Positions 25,070 through 35,577 are shown, counted from the first letter of the stretch. The stretch: DNA of 57,831 nucleotides from Bacteroidales bacterium (GCA_038240835.1 JBBRGJ010000002.1:1-57831); one strand, 5' to 3'. Notes: generated by a model from the letters alone, not told the origin. Translations and numbers: made by a program.

Positions 25070-26041
25070 TTATTTGCCTCTACTGTTGTTTTTAAGCGAA
25101 GTATAGTTGGTTATAAATGCATCAGGATACTTTTTGGAAAGTAGCTCTTTGATTTCAAATGCTCTTTTGTTTTCTATCTCTTTTCCACAAACTACTCTGT
25201 ACAAGGTAACCTCATTGCGTTGTATTTCTTGAATACAAACCCATTCTTTGGTTATTTCAGTGACTGTTTTTACAGCCTTGTTTGCATTTGCTCTACTGCC
25301 ATAACTTCCAACTTGAACACACCAACCACTCAGCGAATCGGAGTCAGCACAAAGAATAATTGTTTCTTTTATGATCACTTTTTCAACTTTTTTCTCCTTT
25401 ACTTTCTCTTTGATAGGAGGTTTATTCTGAATTTTCTTCACTGGAATATTCTCCGCCAAAGTAGTGGAATCTGGTTGAGGTTTTATCGCAATTTCTACTT
25501 CTTCGTTTTCGGTTATCACTTTCGGTTCTGTTTTTATCTTGACAGCTTTTGGGGTGGTCTTTGCTGCTTTACTCGTTTTGGCGCTTGCTAAAATTGGTTT
25601 ATCGGCAGCAGTCCCCCACTTTAATACCTCCATTTTTACATCCACTACGCCCGCATTAATAAAACCAAGAACAACAGCCACTTGTTTTGAAACATCAATG
25701 TGTCTTCCTTTTATAAAGGGACCTCTATCGTTGATTCTTACCGTTACACTGTTCTTATTGGCAAGGTTTGTTATTTTTACTTTTGTGTTGAAAGGCCAAG
25801 TGGGATGAGCAGCAGTGAGAAGTTTATGTGAAAAAATTTCTCCATTTGCAGTTTTTCTGCCATTGAAATATTCATCATAATAAGAGGCTTTGCCATAAAA
25901 AACATCCCCTGAGTCTCTAACTTGTTTCACTTGTGAAAATGAAAATATTGGCATTAGAAAAAGTGCCCAAAGAAAATATTTTTTTGATTTGGAAAAAAAA
26001 GTGGATATTATGATAAAAAATGTATTAACTTTGAAAAACAT
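25070..26041 (-). CDS. RlpA-family (double-psi beta-barrel) lytic transglycosylase-like protein with a C-terminal SPOR domain
   Basis: GKASYYDEYFNGRKTANGE...VRINDRGPF is a DPBB/RlpA sequence. A K/P/E-rich linker follows. The C-terminal VQVGSYGSRANANKA...YRVVCG is a SPOR domain. I used the ATG at 26041. Confidence 0.8.
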   Translation of the reverse strand: MFFKVNTFFIIISTFFSKSKKYFLWALFLMPIFSFSQVKQVRDSGDVFYGKASYYDEYFNGRKTANGEIFSHKLLTAAHPTWPFNTKVKITNLANKNSVTVRINDRGPFIKGRHIDVSKQVAVVLGFINAGVVDVKMEVLKWGTAADKPILASAKTSKAAKTTPKAVKIKTEPKVITENEEVEIAIKPQPDSTTLAENIPVKKIQNKPPIKEKVKEKKVEKVIIKETIILCADSDSLSGWCVQVGSYGSRANANKAVKTVTEITKEWVCIQEIQRNEVTLYRVVCGKEIENKRAFEIKELLSKKYPDAFITNYTSLKNNSRGK

Positions 26042-26124
26042 CAATAATGAAATTTAAATTCAATTTATTTCATATTTAGTACGGTATATACAAGAAATAG
26101 TTTCAATATAAACAAAAAAGACAC

Positions 26125-26706
26125 ATGGAAGAAAAATCATTAAAAGGAACTCAAACTGAAAAAAACTTATTAAAATCTTTTGCAGGTGAGTCTCAAGCGA
26201 AAAACAGATATACTTTTTATGCTAAAAAAGCAAAAAAAGAAGGTTATGAGCAAATAGCTGCTTTGTTTGCAGAAACTGCTTTGCAAGAAGAGCAACATGC
26301 TAAATTGTTTTTTAGTTTCTTAGAAGGCGGCCCCGTCGAAATAACCGCTACTTATCCAGCAGGTGTAATAGGTACTACTGCTCAAAACCTTCACGATGCT
26401 GCTGAGGGCGAAAAAGAAGAGTGGTCAGAACTTTATCCACATTTTGCTGAAGTTGCCAAAGAAGAAGGTTTTCCAAAAATTGCAACCAAATTTAAAGCAA
26501 TTGCTCAAGTGGAAGCTGCTCACGAAAAAAGATATCGCAAATTGCTCGAAAACATGACCAACGAAAAAGTTTTCAAGAAAGATGAACCCGTAGAATGGAT
26601 GTGTCGCAAATGCGGATATATTTATAAAGGAACAAAAGCATTGGCAAATTGTCCTGCTTGCGATCACCCTCAGGCTTATTTTGAAGTACATAACGAAAAT
26701 TACTAA
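26125..26706 (+). CDS. Rubrerythrin
   Basis: It combines a ferritin-like diiron domain (E-x-x-H motifs: EEQHAKLF, EAAHEKRY) with a C-terminal rubredoxin-like CRKCGY...CPACDHP. Confidence 0.9.
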   Translation: MEEKSLKGTQTEKNLLKSFAGESQAKNRYTFYAKKAKKEGYEQIAALFAETALQEEQHAKLFFSFLEGGPVEITATYPAGVIGTTAQNLHDAAEGEKEEWSELYPHFAEVAKEEGFPKIATKFKAIAQVEAAHEKRYRKLLENMTNEKVFKKDEPVEWMCRKCGYIYKGTKALANCPACDHPQAYFEVHNENY

Positions 26707-26922
26707 TGGAGTAAAGCCTCTTATAGGTAGAGAAACAGTTAGTTAATAAATCTGAAAGTGCCAAATAAAGTTCGTCTTTTTGTAATTTAGAATGATTAAC
26801 AATTGTCTTGCAATTTATTGAATAACAGAGGTTTGGCCTATTTATTATATGACTAAAGATAGACATTATTATTTTAACATGAATTTAATTCCAAAAAACC
26901 AAAAGGGTAAGTGAAATGTTGG

Positions 26923-26930
26923 TATTTTTG
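26923..26930 (+). promoter_or_regulatory. Bacteroidota -7 box upstream of recQ
   Basis: TATTTTTG lies 69 nt upstream of the ATG at 26999. Confidence 0.4.
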
Positions 26931-26960
26931 TGCCTATTTTTAAAAACAATTAAGAATATC

Positions 26961-26974
26961 CAGGAAATTTCCTG
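26961..26974. promoter_or_regulatory. Perfect 14-bp palindrome in the recQ leader
   Basis: CAGGAAATTTCCTG is its own reverse complement. It lies between the putative -7 box and the recQ ATG. Confidence 0.35.
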
Positions 26975-26998
26975 AAATTAAAACTAATTAAATCATCA

Positions 26999-29209
26999 AT
27001 GGCAAATATTGATTCTAAAAAACTACACGAGAAACTTAAAGAGCATTTTGGGTTTGAACAATTTAAAGGCACCCAAGAAGTGGTCATTAAAAGTTTGCTC
27101 GACAAGAATGATGTTTTTGTTATTATGCCTACTGGGGGCGGTAAATCATTGTGCTATCAGCTTCCTGCATTGCTTTTAGAAGGAACTGCTATCATTATTT
27201 CGCCGCTAATTGCATTGATGAAAAACCAAGTGGATGCGATTCGTAATTATGGTTCTGAAGTGGGAATTGCACATGTTTTAAATTCATCACTTTCTAAATC
27301 AGACATTAAGGAAGTGAAGAAAGATTTGCTCTCAGGCAAAACCAAACTTTTATATGTTGCCCCCGAAACGTTGACTAAAGAAGAGAATGTTGAATTTTTC
27401 AAAGGACTAACCATCTCTTTTTATGCCATCGACGAAGCACATTGTATTTCGGAATGGGGACATGATTTTAGACCAGAGTACCGCAGAATTCGCCCAATCA
27501 TCGACGAAATTGGTCACCAAGTTCCAGTAATGGCGCTTACAGCCACTGCTACTCCAAAGGTTCAACATGATATTCAGAAAAACTTAGGAATGAGCAAAGC
27601 GGAGGTTTTTAAATCTTCGTTTAACCGAGCAAACTTGTATTACGAAGTGCGCCCTAAACCTAAATTAAAAGAAGATGTAGATCGTGAAGTGGTTCGCTTT
27701 GTTAGAAATAATAATGGCAAATCAGGAATCATCTATTGTATGAGCAGAAAAACCGTTGAGGAACTTGCTTCTACACTTCAGGTAAACAATATTAAAGCAT
27801 TGCCATATCACGCGGGATTGGATCCTGCAACTCGGGTGAAGAATCAAGATATGTTTTTGATGGAAGAGGCAGATGTGATTGTGGCAACCATTGCTTTTGG
27901 AATGGGAATTGACAAACCAGACGTTCGCTTTGTAGTTCATTATGATATGCCTAAAAGTCTCGAGGGTTACTACCAAGAAACGGGTCGCTCTGGAAGAGAT
28001 GATGGCGAAGGGTTATGTGTTGCTTTTTATGATTTCGAAGATTTGGCTAAATTAGAGAAGTTTAATAAAAACAAACCTGTTGCGGAACAAGAAATTGCAA
28101 AACAGTTGATTTCGGAAACCGTTTCTTATGCTGAATCTGCTTTGTGTAGAAGAGTTATGTTGCTTCACTACTTTGGTGAATCTTACAGTGCTGATAATTG
28201 TGGTAATTGTGATAATTGTCTTCATCCAAAACAAAAATTCGAAGGGAAAGATTTCGTTCAATTGGCGTTAGAAACCATAAAAGCGTTAAAACAGCAGTAC
28301 AAGGACAAACATATTATCAATGTGATCATTGGAAAATCGAGTACGACCATCAAACAGTTTAAGCATAACGAGATTAAACAATTTGGCGAAGGTGCCGATC
28401 AGGATGAACGTTTTTGGAATCAGGTAATTCGCCAATCTTTAATTGATGAGTTGATTGTAAAAGAGATTGAGAATTATGGTATTTTGAAAATCACCACAAA
28501 AGGAGATCGTTTTATTAAACGCCCATTTTCGGTGATGTTGACCAAAGAACAGTCTGTGGACAGCGACGACGATGATATGCAAATGGAAGAGATGGGTGGT
28601 CAAAAAGGTGGCGCAGTAGATAAAACTCTTTTCTCTCTGTTGAAAGACCTTCGTAAGGATATTTCGAAAAAAGAGAAATTGCCGCCGTTTGTGATTTTCC
28701 AAGATACTTCGCTCGAAGATATGTGTATTCAGTATCCAACTACCTTCGAAGAGGTGACGCAAATTGTTGGTGTGGGTCAAGGGAAAGCTGCTAAATATGG
28801 AGAACCATTTTTCTCGCTGATTAAAAAATATGTTGTCGAAAATGAAATCGAACGACCTCAGGATTTAATCGTAAAATCGGTGGTGAATAAATCGGCTTTA
28901 AAAGTGTATATTATTCAAAACATCGATCGGAAGATTGCCTTGGAAGAGTTGGCTGTTGCCAAAAACTTAAGTTTCGACGATTTGATAACCGAACTCGAAA
29001 GTATTATCTCTTCTGGAACACGAATAGACATTAATTATTATATTGACGAGTACGTGGATCCGTATCACGTGGAAGAGATTTTTGAATATTTTAGCGAAGC
29101 TTCTACGGATTCGATCAGCGATGCTTTGACAGAACTAGGCGAGGATGAATATACCGAAGAGGAGATTCGTCTGGTGAAGATTAAATTTATGTCGGAAATT
29201 GCGAATTAG
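26999..29209 (+). CDS. recQ: ATP-dependent DNA helicase RecQ
   Basis: It has MPTGGGKSLCYQLPA, DEAHCISEWGHDFRPEY, the Zn-binding CRR...CGNCDNC and a C-terminal HRDC-like region. Confidence 0.95.
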   Translation: MANIDSKKLHEKLKEHFGFEQFKGTQEVVIKSLLDKNDVFVIMPTGGGKSLCYQLPALLLEGTAIIISPLIALMKNQVDAIRNYGSEVGIAHVLNSSLSKSDIKEVKKDLLSGKTKLLYVAPETLTKEENVEFFKGLTISFYAIDEAHCISEWGHDFRPEYRRIRPIIDEIGHQVPVMALTATATPKVQHDIQKNLGMSKAEVFKSSFNRANLYYEVRPKPKLKEDVDREVVRFVRNNNGKSGIIYCMSRKTVEELASTLQVNNIKALPYHAGLDPATRVKNQDMFLMEEADVIVATIAFGMGIDKPDVRFVVHYDMPKSLEGYYQETGRSGRDDGEGLCVAFYDFEDLAKLEKFNKNKPVAEQEIAKQLISETVSYAESALCRRVMLLHYFGESYSADNCGNCDNCLHPKQKFEGKDFVQLALETIKALKQQYKDKHIINVIIGKSSTTIKQFKHNEIKQFGEGADQDERFWNQVIRQSLIDELIVKEIENYGILKITTKGDRFIKRPFSVMLTKEQSVDSDDDDMQMEEMGGQKGGAVDKTLFSLLKDLRKDISKKEKLPPFVIFQDTSLEDMCIQYPTTFEEVTQIVGVGQGKAAKYGEPFFSLIKKYVVENEIERPQDLIVKSVVNKSALKVYIIQNIDRKIALEELAVAKNLSFDDLITELESIISSGTRIDINYYIDEYVDPYHVEEIFEYFSEASTDSISDALTELGEDEYTEEEIRLVKIKFMSEIAN

Positions 29210-29253
29210 AGATTTTATAGATATTATTGCATTCATTATTTAAAAACCAAAAA

Positions 29254-29922
29254 ATGGAAAACGAAAATTTTACTCCAGAAGAAAATAAAGAATTAGAACC
29301 GATCATCGAAAAGAAGACTCGAACTTGCCCTTTACGTCCTTCTATGCTCTTTAATATTGTATTGCTTGTGGCTGTTGGGGTGCTCTACTTTTTGCATTTC
29401 TATACTGGAAAATCTGTTACAGGTGATGTTTCTCAGGGAAACAATACAGGTGCAAAAATTGCCTTTTTTGACACCGATTCTGTTTTCCAGAATTACAATT
29501 CAGTGGATGAATTACGTGAAGATTTGAAAAAGGAAAAGGAGAAATTAGAGGGGTCTTTTAATGCAAAACAAGCCTCTTTTGAGCAAAAAGTAAAAAATTA
29601 TCAGAACAACGTTAAAAGTAATATTATCAATGCTACACAAGCTCAAAACGCTGAAAATCAGCTGATGAAAGAGCGGGAGGATATTATGAAAATGAACGAA
29701 GAGTACACCCAACAACTGATGGTGAAAGAGTCTGAGATTAATAAAAAAATCACAGAAGATATCATCGCTTATGCGAATAAATTCAATGTTAGCTATGGTG
29801 CTGATTATATTTTGGGATACACCAAGGGCGGCCCTATTATTGTGGTCAATAAAAAAATGGATGTAACCAAAGAGATTATTGAAGGTTTAAACAAGGAACA
29901 TAAAACAAATAAGGCTAAATAA
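29254..29922 (+). CDS. OmpH/Skp-family periplasmic chaperone-like protein
   Basis: An N-terminal hydrophobic anchor is followed by KIAFFDTDSVFQNY and long coiled-coil K/E/Q-rich sequence typical of OmpH. I used the ATG at 29254 because the 29227 start is a TTG. Confidence 0.65.
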   Translation: MENENFTPEENKELEPIIEKKTRTCPLRPSMLFNIVLLVAVGVLYFLHFYTGKSVTGDVSQGNNTGAKIAFFDTDSVFQNYNSVDELREDLKKEKEKLEGSFNAKQASFEQKVKNYQNNVKSNIINATQAQNAENQLMKEREDIMKMNEEYTQQLMVKESEINKKITEDIIAYANKFNVSYGADYILGYTKGGPIIVVNKKMDVTKEIIEGLNKEHKTNKAK

Positions 29923-29965
29923 TAAATTCTAGCTGGTTTAATTAATTAGATACGGAGTATATTTT

Positions 29966-30415
29966 ATGATGAAATCATTTACAGGAATCATTTCTATTTT
30001 ATTAATAGCCATGATGGTTTCTTGCAAACCACAAGTAACAAAAGTTGTAGAGCAAAAATATCCAGATGGATCGCCTCAGTTGGAGCGTTTCTTTAAAGGC
30101 GAAGAGAAGAAAGAGTTGGTGAAAGAAATCCTATATTGGCCTAATAAAACAAAAAAGATTGAAGGTTCGTACAAAGATTCTCTTCGTGATGGACTGTGGA
30201 CAGCTTGGTTTGAAAATGGCAAAAAATGGAGCGAAGGCACTTATATTAAAGGAGTTGAGGATGGTGATAAAAATGTTTGGTACGAATCCGGACAACTTTT
30301 TTACTCAGGTAAATTTAAACTCGGAAATAAAATTGGTATATGGAAAATTTACGACGAAAAAGGGGCTATAGCCCAAGAAATTGACTATGATAAGGATCGT
30401 AAAAATGTAAAATAA
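29966..30415 (+). CDS. MORN-repeat-variant lipoprotein (YwqK-like family)
   Basis: The product has the lipobox MVSC. Its repeats DGLWTAWFENGKKWSEGTY / GDKNVWYESGQLFYSGKF / GIWKIYDEKG belong to the same family as 18143-19486. Confidence 0.7.
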   Translation: MMKSFTGIISILLIAMMVSCKPQVTKVVEQKYPDGSPQLERFFKGEEKKELVKEILYWPNKTKKIEGSYKDSLRDGLWTAWFENGKKWSEGTYIKGVEDGDKNVWYESGQLFYSGKFKLGNKIGIWKIYDEKGAIAQEIDYDKDRKNVK

Positions 30416-30488
30416 AATGAGATTTTGTCTTTTCCCTTAAAGAGAAAAGTAGCTATAAATTATTGACGAACAATCGGATTTGAGAGGC

Positions 30489-32030
30489 CTATTTTAACCT
30501 TTCGAGTCCGATTTTTGCTTTTTGGTGGATGCTCTCTTTGTATTGATTTGGTGATAGTGACAAACATTTCTTGTAATAAAAAACAGCTTTTGTTTTATCG
30601 TTTATTGATTCGCATATATTTCCAGCATTTAAGGCTGCATTTGCCGCATAATAGTTCTCAATAGAGGATCCGTCGATGATTACTTTGTTGTAAAGAATCA
30701 GCGACTGAGTGTTATTTTTTAGTTTATCTAATATGCGCGCCATTCGATAATAATATTCGAGGACAAAAATTTTACCTACCATTTTATGGATATTAATTTT
30801 TCTCAACTCTTCTTGTGATTTTAGATAGTACCCACCGTCGAATAGTAAGCGTGCTTTTAGTAATTGAATGTTCGGTTGCAAGTTGCTTTGTTGCTCAAAA
30901 TTAGCTGCTTGGTCTTGCTCCGTGATGTTATTCTTTTTGTTTATCATGCGGATATATTTGAAATATCCCTGCGGGTTTTGGTTCATGATGGATTGCCAGG
31001 CAAGTCGCTGATAGGAAGCATTGACATAGTTGCCAGTTTTAACTCCTTGAATATATGCGTTAAAATGTCTCACACACGCCTCGTCTAATTTGTTTTGCAG
31101 TGCTATACCCCAGAGAAACTCGATGGTCCAAAATGGAATATAGTCCTCGCTTTTTTGCATCGAACTAAAAACATTAATGGCGGCATCATTTTGTCCATTT
31201 TTTATTTGGTAGTCGCCCCAAGCATAGATCAGTAAATAATTTTTTGCCAGTTCGTTTCTAACGGATAAAGTGTTGAAATACATCGATAAGGTTCTTTTGT
31301 CAGAATTTGAGGCCGTTGATCGTTGCGAGATAATTGTTTTGTAGGTGAGTATTTCGAAAAAGAAACAGTATTCATTTTCATTCACATACGTAAAGTTTAA
31401 CAATCGGTTTAATTCGGCGATGCCTTTGTTGTAATTTCCATTCAACGAGATGAGTGCAGAAGCCCATTTTACAGAGGGTGGAATGGATCCAAAAATGATA
31501 TTGAGTAACGATTTTGGTTTATCATTCAATTGGAAAAGCGGATATTCGGTGATGTTTTTGTTGGCATAGGAGTTTGCCTTTTTGAGATCAAAAACGGCTT
31601 TTATCTTCTCCCCAAAAAACACTCTTGTGATTGCCCGGTGGATGTAAAATTCGGCTAGACTAAATTTGATGAAGGGAGATTTTACTTCGCAGTTTTCGAA
31701 AATAGTAATTCGTTCGCTATTTTTAGATTTATAGAGTTCAAAAGCGTCTCTGGATGAGAGTCCCAATACGGCGTAAAAATCGGCAATTTCTTCGACGAAA
31801 AAGGTGGCTAAATTCTCAGGATATTGCTCTTTTAAGGTGAGAATTTGTTTTTTGGCAGAGATCGTCTTTAATTGAATAGCTTCGTGGTAAACAGATTGGT
31901 GGATTGAGTCGAGGTCAAAATGTTTATTCTGAGCAAAAATTGGACAGATTAGGTTTTGGAAAATCAAGAATAAAAAAAAGACCTTATAGTAAGAAATTAC
32001 TTCCAATATAAGGTCTTTAAATCTGTTCAT
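30489..32030 (-). CDS. Hypothetical secreted TPR-like helical-repeat protein
   Basis: The 513-aa product has an N-terminal signal/anchor ending FA|Q and helical repeats rich in Y/A/L/N, including a terminal TPR-like YYAANAALNAGNICE...AVFYYKKCL. I do not recognise a specific family. Confidence 0.5.
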   Translation of the reverse strand: MNRFKDLILEVISYYKVFFLFLIFQNLICPIFAQNKHFDLDSIHQSVYHEAIQLKTISAKKQILTLKEQYPENLATFFVEEIADFYAVLGLSSRDAFELYKSKNSERITIFENCEVKSPFIKFSLAEFYIHRAITRVFFGEKIKAVFDLKKANSYANKNITEYPLFQLNDKPKSLLNIIFGSIPPSVKWASALISLNGNYNKGIAELNRLLNFTYVNENEYCFFFEILTYKTIISQRSTASNSDKRTLSMYFNTLSVRNELAKNYLLIYAWGDYQIKNGQNDAAINVFSSMQKSEDYIPFWTIEFLWGIALQNKLDEACVRHFNAYIQGVKTGNYVNASYQRLAWQSIMNQNPQGYFKYIRMINKKNNITEQDQAANFEQQSNLQPNIQLLKARLLFDGGYYLKSQEELRKINIHKMVGKIFVLEYYYRMARILDKLKNNTQSLILYNKVIIDGSSIENYYAANAALNAGNICESINDKTKAVFYYKKCLSLSPNQYKESIHQKAKIGLERLK

Positions 32031-32039
32031 TTGTGCAAT

Positions 32040-32855
32040 TTATATATTGTCGGCAAATTCTTCGTCAATAAGAACTCTTCCGCAATATTCGCAAACGATT
32101 ATTTTCTTGTGCATTCTAATGTCTAAAATTCGTTGAGGTGGAATTTTGTTGAAACAACCACCACAAGCATCTCTTTGGATTTTTACAACAGCTAGTCCGT
32201 TGCGAGCGCCTTTTCTGATACGTTTGTAAGCTGTAAGTAATCTCTCTTCGATGAATTCTTGTTGTTCTTCAGATTTGCCTCTTAATTCTAGCTCTTCTTT
32301 TTCTGTTTCTGCAATAATATCATTCAACTCACTTTTTTTAATATCTAAGTCGTTGCGTGATTCTGATAAATCAGTATTGATTTTTTCAACATCTGATTTT
32401 TTGACAGCCAAATCAACCGAACACTCTTTGATTTGTTTTTCAAAAAGTTGAATTTCTAGGTTTTTAAATTCAACTTCTTTAGATAAAGCCTCGTATTCGC
32501 GATTGTTGCGAACATTATTTTGTTGCTCTTCGTATTTCTTGATTAGAACTTTTGACTCTTTTATTAAAATATTTTTGTCAAGAATTTGTTTTTCAAGATC
32601 TTGAATTTCTTCAATAAACTTAGCAGAACGAGTTCCTAAACCAATACATTGGTCTTCTAAATCTTGAACTTCAAGAGGCAATTCGCCTCTGATAATCTTG
32701 ATTTTGTCAACTTTAGAGTCAATCTGTTGTAGTTTGTATAAAGAAATTAATTTCTTTTCTATCGAGATTTCTTCTTGTGATTTGGGTTCAGGAATAGGAG
32801 CATTCATGATTGCTTGCTCTTCGATTTCTGCATTTTTTTTCGATGTCTTTGCCAT
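32040..32855 (-). CDS. COG1579/DUF164 coiled-coil protein with a C-terminal C4 zinc ribbon
   Basis: A long coiled coil is followed by CGGCFNKIPPQ...CEYCGRVL. It has the conserved pairing downstream of a Nif3-family gene. Confidence 0.8.
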   Translation of the reverse strand: MAKTSKKNAEIEEQAIMNAPIPEPKSQEEISIEKKLISLYKLQQIDSKVDKIKIIRGELPLEVQDLEDQCIGLGTRSAKFIEEIQDLEKQILDKNILIKESKVLIKKYEEQQNNVRNNREYEALSKEVEFKNLEIQLFEKQIKECSVDLAVKKSDVEKINTDLSESRNDLDIKKSELNDIIAETEKEELELRGKSEEQQEFIEERLLTAYKRIRKGARNGLAVVKIQRDACGGCFNKIPPQRILDIRMHKKIIVCEYCGRVLIDEEFADNI

Positions 32856-32875
32856 TGATTAACTATGTTTTGCTG

Positions 32876-33976
32876 TTATCGCTCTATAAAATATTGAACT
32901 GGATTGGAATTTATTTTTGTTTTCAAGATTGCAAAGTTAGGAATTTTTTTTATCATAACATCAATGATTATATCAATTGTATGTTGTTCGCTCTCAAAAT
33001 GACCGATATCAGCCACAATAATTCTATCTTGAGCATCAAAAAATTCGTGATATTTTACATCTCCGGTGATATAGATGTCTGCTTTTTTTGCAATGGCATC
33101 CGAAATCAAGAAGCTGCCACTGCCTCCGCAATATGCGATTGTTTTTACGACTTCTTTGTCGATTTTAGTATGCTTAATCACCGATAGATTGAACTGAGAT
33201 TTCAGTAATTTTAAAAAATCTATCGTTTTCATTTCAGAAGGTAATTGGCCAATAATTCCTGCGCCTGCGAGTGGATTTGTGTTTTTGATTGGAATTAAAT
33301 CATAGGCAACCTCCTCGTAAGGGTGAACAGCTTTCAGATTTTTAATCACATTGGAGACTAAATAGTCTGGGATGATGGCTTCAATTCTTGTTTCTGGTTC
33401 AAAATGAACCTCTTCTTTGGCCCCCGCAAAGGGATTGCTCTCTTTGCTTGCCATAAATGTTCCTACACCTTCGCTGTTGAAGCTGCAGTGCGAGTATGAG
33501 CCAATATTTCCGCCTCCACTTTTAAAAATGGAATCTCTTACGGCTCCCGAAAAATCATTAGGAACGTATGTGATGAGTTTGAAAAGTTGCTGAGAGGAGG
33601 GGCGAAGTCCTTCAATGTTTTTGAGTTCAAGTTTTTTTGCAATGGCTCCATTTACCCCTGAGATTGCATTGTCGATGTTCGTGTGAACGGCAATGATTGA
33701 AATTTCGTGTTGAATGGCTTTAATGATAATCTGATCTGCACTGTTTTTTGTCGATAATTTCTTTATTCCACTAAATATTACAGGATGATGGGAGATGATT
33801 AAATTCGCTTTTTGCTCAATTGCCTCCAATATTACCTCCATTGTGACATCAAAAGCGACTAAAATTGATGATATTTCGCAGTTGAAATCCAAAATTATTC
33901 CCGAATTATCATAGCTCTCTTGAAGTGAAAAGGGAAATTCTTGATGAATAATGTGTGCAATGTCTGTGGTTTTCAT
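32876..33976 (-). CDS. Nif3-like dinuclear metal centre protein (GTP cyclohydrolase 1 type 2 homologue) with an inserted PII-like domain
   Basis: It has DNSGI, ISHHPVIF and a C-terminal GHFESE motif. The 366-aa length matches the long Nif3 form. Confidence 0.85.
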   Translation of the reverse strand: MKTTDIAHIIHQEFPFSLQESYDNSGIILDFNCEISSILVAFDVTMEVILEAIEQKANLIISHHPVIFSGIKKLSTKNSADQIIIKAIQHEISIIAVHTNIDNAISGVNGAIAKKLELKNIEGLRPSSQQLFKLITYVPNDFSGAVRDSIFKSGGGNIGSYSHCSFNSEGVGTFMASKESNPFAGAKEEVHFEPETRIEAIIPDYLVSNVIKNLKAVHPYEEVAYDLIPIKNTNPLAGAGIIGQLPSEMKTIDFLKLLKSQFNLSVIKHTKIDKEVVKTIAYCGGSGSFLISDAIAKKADIYITGDVKYHEFFDAQDRIIVADIGHFESEQHTIDIIIDVMIKKIPNFAILKTKINSNPVQYFIER

Positions 33977-34035
33977 AAAAAAATCTTAAATAGTTGCAAT
34001 TAATGATTTTATGTATTAATTTGGTCTCGTTGTTA

Positions 34036-34043
34036 CAAAGTTA
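34036..34043 (-). promoter_or_regulatory. Bacteroidota -7 box upstream of the nif3-like operon
   Basis: The minus strand reads TAACTTTG about 60 nt upstream of the ATG at 33976. Confidence 0.4.
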
Positions 34044-34057
34044 CGTAAATTTATCCT

Positions 34058-35107
34058 ATGTTTAGATTTTTATTTTTTCCAATTAGTTTGCTTTTTTGTT
34101 TTGCCACCTACATCAGAAGACACTTGATTTATGGATTAGGTTTAAAGTCGCGAACCACTTTTGATATTCCTGTTATTTGTATTGGCAATATAGCCATGGG
34201 CGGCACAGGAAAAACTCCTCACACCGAATTTCTTGTTGATTTTTTGAAAGATAATTACAAAGTCGCTACCTTGAGTAGAGGATATAAAAGAAAAACTTCT
34301 GGTTTTATCATCGCAGATGAGAGTCATCAGGTTACGGACATTGGCGACGAACCATTGCAATACTATCATAATTTTAACGGAGATGCCATTGTGGCTGTGG
34401 ACGAAAAGAGGGTAAACGGTGTGGAACAGTTGATTCGTTTAAATCCTGATTTGCAAGTAGTATTGTTGGATGATGCTTATCAGCACTTAGCCATAAAAGC
34501 GGGTTTGTACATTTTGTTAACCGATTATTTTTCTCCCTATTATAAAGATTTTGTTTTTCCGGTGGGAACATTAAGGGAGCAGAAATCTGCTGCTAAATAC
34601 GCGGATATCATCGTGGTTACAAAATGTCCGAAAGTACTATCTCCTATTGTTCGAGATCTTTATTTGTCGGAATTAAAGCTAAACCCAACCCAAAAGGTTC
34701 TCTTCTCTTATTTTACGTATGGCGATTTAGTTCCAATAAATCAGATGGCAAAAGATTTGAATATTGGCGCTGTTACGCAAATATTATTGCTCACAGGTAT
34801 TGTAAATCCATACCCACTAAAAGAGTATTTGAATAATAAATATTATGAAATTCACTCAATGGTTTATCCAGATCATCATGAGTTTACGGAAAAAGAGATA
34901 ATAGATGTGCGGACGACCTTCAAAGATATTCCCACGTCAAAAAAAGCAATTATTACTACACAAAAAGACGCTATGCGTCTGATGTCATGTAATATAGATG
35001 ATTTGCCCATATTTTACGTGCCACTTCAAGTAAAGTTTCATGCAGCGTACGACGAGGTGATGAAGATGGAAGTGAGCAGTTTTATAAAAAAAGCTATGAA
35101 AGTTTAA
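34058..35107 (+). CDS. lpxK: Tetraacyldisaccharide 4'-kinase
   Basis: It has the P-loop GNIAMGGTGKTPHTEFL followed by LSRGYKRK and LDDAYQH motifs. Confidence 0.9.
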   Translation: MFRFLFFPISLLFCFATYIRRHLIYGLGLKSRTTFDIPVICIGNIAMGGTGKTPHTEFLVDFLKDNYKVATLSRGYKRKTSGFIIADESHQVTDIGDEPLQYYHNFNGDAIVAVDEKRVNGVEQLIRLNPDLQVVLLDDAYQHLAIKAGLYILLTDYFSPYYKDFVFPVGTLREQKSAAKYADIIVVTKCPKVLSPIVRDLYLSELKLNPTQKVLFSYFTYGDLVPINQMAKDLNIGAVTQILLLTGIVNPYPLKEYLNNKYYEIHSMVYPDHHEFTEKEIIDVRTTFKDIPTSKKAIITTQKDAMRLMSCNIDDLPIFYVPLQVKFHAAYDEVMKMEVSSFIKKAMKV

Positions 35108-35492
35108 ACGAGACAGGAAGCATCATCTGCGTTCTAACAGTTTTTCCTCGCTGTTTTCCAGGTTTCCAATTTGGCATCGATTTTACCACTCTCATTGCTT
35201 CTGTTCCGCAACCAGATCCAATATCTCTTTTAATTAAAATGTTGCTGATGGCGCCATCGGGTTCTACGATGAAGGAGATGTAAACTGTTCCTTGAATGTT
35301 TTTTTCTAAAGCTTCTGCTGGATATTGAAGGTTTTTAACCATAAACTGACTCATCGCTGCATCTCCACCAATAAAAGAGGGAGATTCTTCCACAACTGTA
35401 AATACTTCATTGTTGTTTTGTGCTATGCCGCTTAGGCTTAGGCTTACAATGGCTATCAGTAAAAATAATTTGTAGACTTTTGATGTTTTCAT
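35094..35492 (-). CDS. Secreted TonB C-terminal-domain protein
   Basis: The signal peptide ends IA|Q. A TonB_C-like block follows: P.FIGG...YP..A....IQGTVYISFIVEPDGAISN. The 3' end overlaps the lpxK 3' end by 14 nt (convergent). Confidence 0.7.
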   Translation of the reverse strand: MKTSKVYKLFLLIAIVSLSLSGIAQNNNEVFTVVEESPSFIGGDAAMSQFMVKNLQYPAEALEKNIQGTVYISFIVEPDGAISNILIKRDIGSGCGTEAMRVVKSMPNWKPGKQRGKTVRTQMMLPVSFKLS

Positions 35493-35577
35493 ATTGATTT
35501 ATTTTTCAACAAATATACACAAAACATTCAATATAAAACGCGACGATTAATAAAACTGACCATAATTACCACAAGTT

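Noticed and set aside
32810-33187. A 125-aa plus-strand ORF.
   Set aside because: It is antisense to the 3' part of the Nif3-like gene and the start of the COG1579 gene.
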